Below, piece after piece: positions 48,757 through 56,465 of a stretch of 64,000 bases of DNA (within the stretch, counting starts at the first letter, position 1; each line of letters opens with the position of its first letter). A program made the position numbers and the translations under genes. The notes under the pieces are model-generated. The model made no database searches, was not told the DNA's origin, and worked only from the letters and a program-made list of their open reading frames with translations. The stretch is from Candidatus Omnitrophota bacterium. Lineage in GTDB: Bacteria > Omnitrophota > Gorgyraeia > Gygaellales > Profunditerraquicolaceae. The stretch spans positions 147,791-211,790 of the forward strand of contig JAKLGJ010000002.1 in the NCBI GenBank assembly GCA_022710715.1, given 5' to 3'.

Positions 48757-49198
48757 CCGGAGGGTTGTCGATATGTTCAGATCCGCTCGGAATCATCTGC
48801 GGGGATTTACCTTGATCGAGTTGGTCATCGTGGTGATTATTATCGGTATTCTGGCCACCGTGGCCACGGTGAATTATATCGGGACAATTGAAAAAGGCCG
48901 GGCCAGCGAAGCCAAGACCACGCTGGCGCAGATCCGCACTGCCTGGAGCAACTACTATCTTGAACACCAGGCCGCCCCCGGAAGCTTTGCCGACCTCGAG
49001 TTGAATGAGACGGCTTTTCCCGGGCCCGCCAATTGCAATGAAGGGCATTTTTTCCGCTACGGTATTACCGGCACCACGGCCTTCGCCTGGCGCTGTACCT
49101 CCAACGGTAAGAAGCCCAACGTGGACAACCTCCGCCGCTATAATATCACCATGGATCTGGAAAACGGCTCCTGGGGAGGGACTCCCGGGCATTTTTGA
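48740..49198 (+). CDS. type IV pilin / GspG-like major pseudopilin
   Basis: LRG|FTLIELVIVVIIIGILATVA, a near-consensus prepilin motif, followed by a pilin-like ASEAKTTLAQIRTA helix. Likely start MFRSARNHLRG at 48773. Confidence 0.75.
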   Translation: MSRLNNRRVVDMFRSARNHLRGFTLIELVIVVIIIGILATVATVNYIGTIEKGRASEAKTTLAQIRTAWSNYYLEHQAAPGSFADLELNETAFPGPANCNEGHFFRYGITGTTAFAWRCTSNGKKPNVDNLRRYNITMDLENGSWGGTPGHF

Positions 49199-49224
49199 TC
49201 CCATTTCCCGGCGCGAAAACCTTC

Positions 49225-49253
49225 TTTACACCCACCTTAAAATCGGGTATAAT
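49225..49253 (+). promoter_or_regulatory. sigma70-type promoter upstream of tRNA-Gln
   Basis: TTTACA, 17-nt spacer, TATAAT, about 30 nt before the tRNA. Confidence 0.5.
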
Positions 49254-49284
49254 TCTTTAATCACTCCAGCAGGAAGATTTTATT

Positions 49285-49355
49285 GCCCTGTAGTGCAATG
49301 GTAGCACGACTGACTCTGGATCAGTTAATCATGGTTCGAGTCCATGCGGGGCAAT
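49285..49355 (+). tRNA. tRNA-Gln (anticodon CTG)
   Basis: T1:A72 first pair as in tRNA-Gln; acceptor TGCCCTG/CGGGGCA. Anticodon stem-loop CTGA-CTCTGGA-TCAG, T-arm CATGGTTCGAGTCCATG. No encoded CCA. Confidence 0.75.
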
Positions 49356-49425
49356 TTTCTCTCCGGCGCATCGCGGGATGCGCCATCGCTACCGTTTGAT
49401 CAAAGCCAGAGAACGGAGGTACAGC

Positions 49426-49962
49426 ATGGCCGACCTTTTTCAGGAAAAATGGATGAAAGGCGTTGCCGTTACCACTACAGTACTCGCGGTCATGACCGCC
49501 ATTGCCGCTGCGCGCGGCGCTGCCTGCGGCGCCAGAACCCAGCTTTTAACCGCCATTGAAGGTAGTAAATGGGCGTATTATCAGGCTAAGAGCATCAAAC
49601 AGAATCTGGCCGAGACGCAGAAGAACGCTTTTGAGGCCGATATACTCGGCGCGGTCAATGCCGAACAGAAAGCTGCCTACGAAAACAAGTTGCGCACTAC
49701 CGGCGCGGAAATAGCCCGTTATGACAAGGAAAAAAACGATATCAAGCTGGAGGCGGAGAAGGTCGGTAAAGAGAACGCATTGCTCGGCAAAAAGGCAAAC
49801 CGTTTCTCCGTTTCGGTGGTTTTTTTCCAGATCGCAATCATGCTTGCCTCGGTTGCCGCTTTGCTCAAGAAAAAAGAGCTGTGGATCATCGGTTTGTTCT
49901 TCGGCGTGATCGCCGCAGTGTATCTGGGGTACGGCCTGTTCTTGCCGCCCTTATTGTTTTAA
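49426..49962 (+). CDS. hypothetical two-TM membrane protein with coiled-coil middle (DUF4337-like)
   Basis: MADLFQEKWMKGVAVTTTVLAVMTAIAAARGA with SKWAYYQAKSIKQ, and a C-terminal TM. Family assignment from memory only. Confidence 0.4.
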   Translation: MADLFQEKWMKGVAVTTTVLAVMTAIAAARGAACGARTQLLTAIEGSKWAYYQAKSIKQNLAETQKNAFEADILGAVNAEQKAAYENKLRTTGAEIARYDKEKNDIKLEAEKVGKENALLGKKANRFSVSVVFFQIAIMLASVAALLKKKELWIIGLFFGVIAAVYLGYGLFLPPLLF

Positions 49963-49965
49963 TGC

Positions 49966-51651
49966 ATGGAAACCCCTAAACCATCCACCAATTTTGTCCG
50001 GGAGATCATCGATGAGGACCTGGCTGCAGGCAGGAACGGCGGCCGGGTGCATACGCGTTTTCCTCCGGAGCCGAATGGTTACCTGCATATCGGCCACGCC
50101 AAGAGCATCTGTCTGAATTTCGGCATCGCCCGGGATTACAAAGGATTGTGCAACCTGCGTTTCGACGATACCAATCCCGAGACCGAAGACGTGGAGTACG
50201 TCCAGTCCATCATGGAAGACGTGCGCTGGCTGGGGTTCGACTGGCAGCAGCGTTTGTTCTACGCGTCCGATTATTTCCAGCAACTCTATGACTATGCCGT
50301 GACGCTGATCAGAAAAGGCAAAGCGTTTGTGTGCGACCAGTCGCTGGAAGAAATGCGCAAGTCGCGGGGCACCATCACCGAGCCGGGTACGGCAAGTCCG
50401 TACCGCAACCGCAGCGTGGAAGAGAACCTGGATCTGTTTGCCCGCATGCGCAACGGCGAGTTCGCAGACGGCGCCAGAGTCCTGCGCGGCAAGATCGATA
50501 TGGCGCATCCGAACCTCTTGATGCGCGATCCGGTGTTCTACCGGATCCGGAAAGCCGCGCATCATCGTACCGGTTCAAAGTGGTGCCTGTATCCGACGTA
50601 TGATTATACGCACGGCATTTGCGATTCGCTGGAGGGCATTACCCATTCTATCTGCACGCTTGAATTTGAAGTGCACCGCCCGCTCTACGACTGGATACTC
50701 AACGAGCTGGGTATTCATCATCCCCGGCAGATCGAATTCGCGCGGCTGAATTTGAGCAATACTCTTTTGAGCAAACGCAAACTGCTGGAATTGGTGCAGA
50801 AAAAGCATGTCGACGGATGGTCTGACCCGCGCATGCCGACCATTTCCGGGCTGCGCCGCCGCGGGTATACTCCGGAAGCGATCCGCAGATTCTGCGATCA
50901 GATCGGCGTGGCTAAAGTCGACAGCATCGTCGACCTGGTGCTGCTGGAAAACTCGATCCGGGAGGAATTGAATAAAACCGCTCCCCGCGCCATGGCGGTG
51001 CTGCGGCCGGTTAAACTGATTATCGACAATTATCCTCCGGAGCAGGTCGAAGCATTCGAGGCGGTGAATAATCCCGAGATGCCGGCGGCCGGAACGCGCA
51101 CGGTCCCGTTCAGCCGCGAGTTATATATAGAGCAGGAAGATTTCCGGGAGGCGCCGCCGAAGCAGTTTTACCGCTTGAGCCCCGGGCGGGAAGTGCGGTT
51201 GCGTTATGCCTATCTGGTGACCTGCGTGAGCGTGGCAAAAGATCCGCAAACCGGCGCGATCCGGGAAATACATTGTACCTATGATCCCGCGACCCGGGGC
51301 GGCAACGCCCCTGATAACCGCAAAGTCAAAAGTACCATTCACTGGGTATCGGCGCAGCATGCGATTGAGGCCCCGGTGCGCTTGTACGACAACCTTTTCA
51401 CCAAGCGCGACCCCGGCGAGGTTGCCGAAGGCCAGGATTTCACCGTGACGCTCAATCCTAAATCACTGGAAACGCTTACCGGAAGCAAGCTGGAACCGGG
51501 ATTGGCCCGGGCCCTGCCGGGCAGCCGGTATCAGTTCGAGCGCGTGGGATATTTTACCGTTGATATGCAGGACAGCTCTGCGGGCCGGCCGGTGTTTAAC
51601 CGTATCGTCACCCTGCGGGACACCTGGGCAAAAATTGAAAGTAAGTTGTAG
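49966..51651 (+). CDS. glnS: glutamine--tRNA ligase
   Basis: HIGH motif [17 protein letters not shown]-type motif, and the two C-terminal beta-barrel anticodon-binding domains. Confidence 0.9.
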   Translation: METPKPSTNFVREIIDEDLAAGRNGGRVHTRFPPEPNGYLHIGHAKSICLNFGIARDYKGLCNLRFDDTNPETEDVEYVQSIMEDVRWLGFDWQQRLFYASDYFQQLYDYAVTLIRKGKAFVCDQSLEEMRKSRGTITEPGTASPYRNRSVEENLDLFARMRNGEFADGARVLRGKIDMAHPNLLMRDPVFYRIRKAAHHRTGSKWCLYPTYDYTHGICDSLEGITHSICTLEFEVHRPLYDWILNELGIHHPRQIEFARLNLSNTLLSKRKLLELVQKKHVDGWSDPRMPTISGLRRRGYTPEAIRRFCDQIGVAKVDSIVDLVLLENSIREELNKTAPRAMAVLRPVKLIIDNYPPEQVEAFEAVNNPEMPAAGTRTVPFSRELYIEQEDFREAPPKQFYRLSPGREVRLRYAYLVTCVSVAKDPQTGAIREIHCTYDPATRGGNAPDNRKVKSTIHWVSAQHAIEAPVRLYDNLFTKRDPGEVAEGQDFTVTLNPKSLETLTGSKLEPGLARALPGSRYQFERVGYFTVDMQDSSAGRPVFNRIVTLRDTWAKIESKL

Positions 51652-51781
51652 CGTTGTTGACGGGATTCGTTGTATAATAGGTGCATATTTGGCGTGCCCG
51701 GCGCGCATAAGGAATTTCGTCGGTACGCGCTCTCTAGCGTTATGCCCAATCCAATAGGATGGATTGGCATCGCATTTCTAT

Positions 51782-51869
51782 GCGAGGATGGCGGAATTGG
51801 CAGACGCGACAGTTTGAGGGGCTGTTGGTTGCATAAACTGTGAGGGTTCAACTCCCTCTCCTCGCACCA
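51782..51869 (+). tRNA. tRNA-Leu (anticodon GAG)
   Basis: Acceptor GCGAGGA/TCCTCGC plus A and CCA. Anticodon stem-loop ACAGT-TTGAGGG-GCTGT, long variable arm, T-arm GAGGGTTCAACTCCCTC. Confidence 0.85.
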
Positions 51870-51871
51870 AA

Positions 51872-51912
51872 TAAAAAAGGGACGGGTTTATATTAAACCC
51901 GTCCCTTTTTTT
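51872..51912. terminator. bidirectional rho-independent terminator
   Basis: GGGACGGGTTTATATTAAACCCGTCCC hairpin flanked by an A-tract upstream and a T-tract downstream. Lies between convergent tRNA-Leu (+) and the response regulator gene (-). Confidence 0.7.
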
Positions 51913-51922
51913 AAGGCTTCCT

Positions 51923-52858
51923 TCAAGGCTCTTTGCGTTTGTCTACGACGTAATTGCTCCCGGGCAGGCTTTTGGCATAGGATTTCAATTCAGCGCCGAT
52001 TTCCCCGATTTGCGCGACGTGGTCGATTTTGATGTGCTGGTTGGTCACCACTCCGATACCGACTGAAAGCAGGGGGAACTTACGCTCCTGGCCCTGGCGG
52101 TCATGCGCAACGATATAGCCATTCGCCCGGTCGGTTTCGTTATAGAAGGTGGGAGAGACCGCATCGAAGGTGGCGATGATCGTGGTGCAGAGCACATCCA
52201 TTTTGGCGATAGTGGTGATCACCACGTAATCGTCGCCGCCGATATGTCCGACGAAATCCTCGGGATTGCCATGTTCCTGAACGGTTTTAAGCAATATGCG
52301 CGCAGTCTCCTTGATTACCCGGTCTCCGTGTTGGAACCCGTACGTGTCGTTATACGCCTTGAATTTGTTCAAATCGACATAACAAACGGCAAAAGCGTCT
52401 TTACTGCCCAGCCGGCGGTTTAATTCATCCAGGATGGAGACATTGCCGGGCAGGCGGGTCAGGGGATTGGCTTCGAGATCGATGCCGGAGCGGCGCAGGA
52501 TCATCCGGATATGCGCGATCAGCTCCTTTGGTTCAAACGGTTTGACGATATAATCATCCGCTCCCGCTTCGATGCCGTCCACCTTATCTGTCAACTCGCC
52601 CTTGCCGGTAACCATGATAATCGGCAGGTGGCGCAGGAGAATATCTTTTTTGATCCTGCGGCAGAATTCACGGCCGTCCATGCGGGGCATCTTGTAGTCC
52701 ACCAGGACCAGGTCGGGAACCTTCGTCTCGATGGCCTTCAGGGCTTCTTCTCCGTTACCCGCCTCGGTAACTTCGTACTTTTCGTCTTCCAGGGTAATTC
52801 TGATCACGTCGCGGATATCCGGATCGTCGTCGACAACGAGAATCTTAATGCTTGGCAT
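51923..52858 (-). CDS. response regulator: REC domain + GGDEF-family domain with non-canonical GGDDY site
   Basis: REC with phospho-acceptor context LVLVDYKMPRMDG. GGDEF fold (RLPGNVSILDELNRRL, DLNKFKAYNDTYGFQHGD) but signature reads HIGGDDYVV. Confidence 0.8.
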   Translation of the reverse strand: MPSIKILVVDDDPDIRDVIRITLEDEKYEVTEAGNGEEALKAIETKVPDLVLVDYKMPRMDGREFCRRIKKDILLRHLPIIMVTGKGELTDKVDGIEAGADDYIVKPFEPKELIAHIRMILRRSGIDLEANPLTRLPGNVSILDELNRRLGSKDAFAVCYVDLNKFKAYNDTYGFQHGDRVIKETARILLKTVQEHGNPEDFVGHIGGDDYVVITTIAKMDVLCTTIIATFDAVSPTFYNETDRANGYIVAHDRQGQERKFPLLSVGIGVVTNQHIKIDHVAQIGEIGAELKSYAKSLPGSNYVVDKRKEP

Positions 52859-52873
52859 ACAATCCCAGCTCCT

Positions 52874-54361
52874 TTATTGAGCGACCGGGAGGGTGAAGCT
52901 GAAGGTAGAACCGGCCCCGGCCGAGCTCTTTACCCAGATGGTTCCTTTGTGCGCTTCGATGATATGCTTGACCATGGCCAATCCCAGCCCCGTGCCCTTG
53001 ACTTCCTGATTGATGGTGGAATCCACGCGGTAAAATTCCACGAAGAGATTGTTAACCGCGTCTTCGGGAATGCCGCAGCCGGTATCGGCGATATCTATCT
53101 GCACCCGGCTGTTTTTCTGCGCCGCTCTTACCGTAATGGTCCCGCCCGGCGTATACTTGACGGCATTATTAATCAGGTTGATGCACACCCGTTTGATCTG
53201 TCCGTAATCGGCCAGTACCTCGGGTAGCGCAGCGTCAACATCCAGCCGGAATGCAATCTGTTTTTCCTTCATCTGCACCGCCAGCAGGTCGGCGACTTCC
53301 TCGACGACATTCCGCACATTCAGCGGGACGAGTTTTAAAGTGATCCGGCCCGATTCGATGCGGGCGATGTCCAGCAGGTCATTGACGAATGAAACGAGCT
53401 CGTCGCTGTGCTTGTTGATCTTTTCCAGGCGTTTATGCACCTCTTCGGGAATAGCGCCAAGTTTGCCCGAGAGCAGGATAGAGGCGTATCCTTTGATCGA
53501 AGTAAGGGGGGTGCGCAGCTCATGAGAAACATTGGAAACGAAATCGTTTTTGCGCTGGCTGATGCGCTTGACTTCTTCCAGCGCTACGCTTAATTCTCTC
53601 GTACGTTCTTCCACCCGCTTTTCCAGCTCTTGATGCGCCTGCCAGGTTTTTTCGAAAAGACGGGCGTTCTCCAGCGCCTGACCGATCTGATTCGCCAGGA
53701 TGTTCATTAATTCTTCATCCCCTTCGTTAATGATCAGATCGGGGTCGGTTGAACCGACAAAAAGGAACCCCTTATTGCCTTCTTTCGGCAGGATGGGAGA
53801 GATAACGAAAGAAATGACTTTGAAGGTTTTCTTTATCTGTTCTCTCAATTGCCGGTCGACCTGCGGCGATACCGACGACATGCCTTTTTCATTATTGATC
53901 ATCTGGTGGAACGCGTCGCTCTGCGCCTGGACGAATTGCCGGATAGCTTCGAGCTCCTCTTCCGCGTAGTTGAGCTCCAGATAAAAGATATAATTGCCGG
54001 TAAACTCATTGCGTAAAAATGCCGCGGCTTTCTCGAACCCGAGATTTTCCACCAGCTCCTGCTCGATCTTGCCGAAAATCTGCGTTTCGTCCAGCGTCGA
54101 ACTGATCGAGCGGGTCAGCTTTTGCAGGGTGTAAAGACCGTTGACCTTCTTATCCAGTTCTTCCTGCGTTTTGTTCAGTTCGATATCGGTGCGCACGACC
54201 AGCTTGGCCTGTTCATCCATCTCGTCCAGGGTGTATTTGAGATTGTTGACCGAGGTCTCAAGCTGGCTGACCTGTCCGATCTTCAGAACCAGCACGATTG
54301 CCAGGGCGATGCATCCGGCAAAGCTCGCCAGGCCCAGTATCATCATCAGGAAGTCAAACAT
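52874..54361 (-). CDS. sensor histidine kinase (TM anchor - coiled coil - GAF - HisKA - HATPase_c)
   Basis: H-box SHELRTPLTSIKGYASIL; N, G1 (DTGCGIP) and G2 (GTGLGLAMVK) boxes. Confidence 0.85.
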   Translation of the reverse strand: MFDFLMMILGLASFAGCIALAIVLVLKIGQVSQLETSVNNLKYTLDEMDEQAKLVVRTDIELNKTQEELDKKVNGLYTLQKLTRSISSTLDETQIFGKIEQELVENLGFEKAAAFLRNEFTGNYIFYLELNYAEEELEAIRQFVQAQSDAFHQMINNEKGMSSVSPQVDRQLREQIKKTFKVISFVISPILPKEGNKGFLFVGSTDPDLIINEGDEELMNILANQIGQALENARLFEKTWQAHQELEKRVEERTRELSVALEEVKRISQRKNDFVSNVSHELRTPLTSIKGYASILLSGKLGAIPEEVHKRLEKINKHSDELVSFVNDLLDIARIESGRITLKLVPLNVRNVVEEVADLLAVQMKEKQIAFRLDVDAALPEVLADYGQIKRVCINLINNAVKYTPGGTITVRAAQKNSRVQIDIADTGCGIPEDAVNNLFVEFYRVDSTINQEVKGTGLGLAMVKHIIEAHKGTIWVKSSAGAGSTFSFTLPVAQ

Positions 54362-54363
54362 AA

Positions 54364-55617
54364 TTATGCCTCAATAATAAGTATGGAAATAGTCTGGTTC
54401 TGGAAATACGCCTGTCCGTGGTAGCTGGTGGATAAGAGCGGGGCCAGCTCCCCATGGGTATACACGCCGATTATCGGGGTCTCCGGGTCAAGGGTTTCCC
54501 GGATAAGCTCGAGTTCTTTCTTTATCTCGCGGCGTAACGAAACCGCGCGGGGGAATGAATTGAAAATAATCGCCATCTTCGACGAATCGTTCTTGTGAAA
54601 ACGGTAGGATTGCGATGCCAGATGCGTTTTGGCTTCATTGAGCGCTTCCCGTGTTGCCTCCAGACAGGTTTCTTTGGTGCTGATCATCAAACGCACGGAA
54701 CTGCCGGTTTGCACGTTCCCCCGGCAGACCAGGGAACCGTCGTCGCCTATAGAGGTCACGTTGCGCAGGAGATATTCCTGTTGCCCGGGCACGCGCATCC
54801 CGAAAGGATAGAGAATGGACAACTTTTTGAATTCTTTCTTGAGCCGGGAGATGTCATAGTTGAGATATTCTTCATAGATACCGATCGCCGGCTGGTCGTC
54901 GATGGAAACGATGATGTTGTCGTATGCCTGGGTGATCGTATGGGGTTTCCCCAATGGTTTCCAGCCGTGTTTCAACCCCAGTCCGAAATTGAATTTTCCT
55001 CCCCAGAGGATTCCTATGCAGGCGTTATTGAGGATCGTGGTGTTAAAGAAAAGCGAATCGCGGCCGGCCAGCGCCGGATTGGAAATCGACGCCCCGATGC
55101 AGGGAAAGCTTCGGCCCAGTTTAGACTGCAGACCGGTCATGAATTGCGCTCCGGATTCTTCCATGCGGTCAAAGAGCAGGAAGCTTAAGGTCCGGGAGAC
55201 ATTCTGGAAGCCGTACAGAAGCTTTTCTCCCAGATCTTCTCCGGCAGCAGTGCTGGTGGCAAATTCGTTGGTTTTAGTGTAGGCGGTGTTGAAATAAACC
55301 CCCTCGGGGAAGCCGATGAGCATGACGACAAGCCCGTGATTGAAAATGCCTTTTTCCGTGATGAGCGCCGAAGAATTTGAGCCGAAAATGGGGACGTCGC
55401 CGAGGAAGGTGTTGAGATGCTTGATCAGTGCGACTGACGAGAAATCCGCGGTACTGAACGTGAGCACCAGATCGATCTTTTCTTTGCTGGCTTTTCTTGA
55501 TTTTGCCTGCCGGACCGCCTCTTCTGAAGCAGCGATCTCGTTCTTCTCAAGACTTACGCCAACGCCTATGTCGATCATTATTTTGTCAGTTCGATAGCGG
55601 TCGTTTAATCGCACCAT
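54364..55617 (-). CDS. FIST-domain sensory protein (FIST_N + FIST_C)
   Basis: 417 aa; IDIGVGVS N-terminus and overall FIST architecture. Heads the 3-gene operon with the HK and RR. Confidence 0.65.
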   Translation of the reverse strand: MVRLNDRYRTDKIMIDIGVGVSLEKNEIAASEEAVRQAKSRKASKEKIDLVLTFSTADFSSVALIKHLNTFLGDVPIFGSNSSALITEKGIFNHGLVVMLIGFPEGVYFNTAYTKTNEFATSTAAGEDLGEKLLYGFQNVSRTLSFLLFDRMEESGAQFMTGLQSKLGRSFPCIGASISNPALAGRDSLFFNTTILNNACIGILWGGKFNFGLGLKHGWKPLGKPHTITQAYDNIIVSIDDQPAIGIYEEYLNYDISRLKKEFKKLSILYPFGMRVPGQQEYLLRNVTSIGDDGSLVCRGNVQTGSSVRLMISTKETCLEATREALNEAKTHLASQSYRFHKNDSSKMAIIFNSFPRAVSLRREIKKELELIRETLDPETPIIGVYTHGELAPLLSTSYHGQAYFQNQTISILIIEA

Positions 55618-55704
55618 ATTTTATAGCAGTATATACCAGCGAGGGGGAAAGGTCAACAAATTTGATTGACCGGGTTACAAAATATGTTAATATATATACT
55701 GCAT

Positions 55705-55792
55705 TTCAACCAGTGGCCCCATCGTCTAGCCTGGTCTAGGACGGATGGTTCTCAGCCATTAAACACCGGTTCAAATCCGGTTGGGGCTACCA
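55705..55792 (+). tRNA. tRNA-Glu (anticodon CTC)
   Basis: GGCCCCATCGTCTAGCCTGGTCTAGGAC... Anticodon stem-loop GATGG-TTCTCAG-CCATT, T-arm CCGGTTCAAATCCGG, encoded CCA. Coordinates include the CCA. Confidence 0.8.
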
Positions 55793-55802
55793 AATCTTCC
55801 GC

Positions 55803-56465
55803 ATGAAAACCGACTGCGATTATCAGCGGCTCAATTCCTCCGACGAACGCCCTGAAAAAGACCCCTTTACTGAAAGCAGATATCGGCAATTCGTCCGTTA
55901 TTTACCAACCATGTCAAAAGTAGTTCTTGATGTCGGCTGTAATGCCGGCAGGGGGGGCATGGTGCTTAGGCGGGAGCGTAAAGATTTGCAACTGATTGGG
56001 CTGGATTGCGTTACGGCTCACCTCAAAAAGATCCCTTCGGATATCTATCAGCAACTTCTTTGTTGTTCCGCCACGAGCATAGCTTTAGATGATGCGTCCG
56101 TAGATGCGGTTGTTGCCGGAGAGTTCATTGAGCACATCTATGCGCAGGATGTTGCAAAAACTCTGCAGGAGTGCTGGCGTGTCCTGCGCAAGGGAGGCAG
56201 GTTGCTGCTGACCACCCCGAATCCGGATTTCCTGCTGCTCAAGGCAAGAGGGAAAAGCGTGCTTGGGGGGCCGCACGTTTCCCAGCATAATCCCCGCGAA
56301 CTTATTCGTCTTCTCCACTCTATCGGCTTTTGCCCGGTCAAGATCGCCGGCAGCGGCCGGGTTTCTTCTCTGCTGGGAGAACATTTTCCCGTGTTCTCCT
56401 GTTACGGCAGCTACCTCGCCCTCGCCGACAAACCCGCAGACGCTTTCCCCAACCCAATGCGGTAA
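55803..56465 (+). CDS. class I SAM-dependent methyltransferase (Methyltransf_11-like)
   Basis: Motif I VLDVGCNAGRGG and post-I acidic residue LIGLD; GGRLLLTTPNPD. Starts 11 nt after the tRNA-Glu CCA. Confidence 0.7.
   Translation: MKTDCDYQRLNSSDERPEKDPFTESRYRQFVRYLPTMSKVVLDVGCNAGRGGMVLRRERKDLQLIGLDCVTAHLKKIPSDIYQQLLCCSATSIALDDASVDAVVAGEFIEHIYAQDVAKTLQECWRVLRKGGRLLLTTPNPDFLLLKARGKSVLGGPHVSQHNPRELIRLLHSIGFCPVKIAGSGRVSSLLGEHFPVFSCYGSYLALADKPADAFPNPMR

Noticed and set aside
55660-55700. Promoter for tRNA-Glu(CTC) (TTGACC ... TAATAT / TTACAA ... TATACT)
   Set aside because: Several overlapping weak -35/-10 combinations in an AT-rich stretch; spacing is ambiguous. Not confident enough to annotate.
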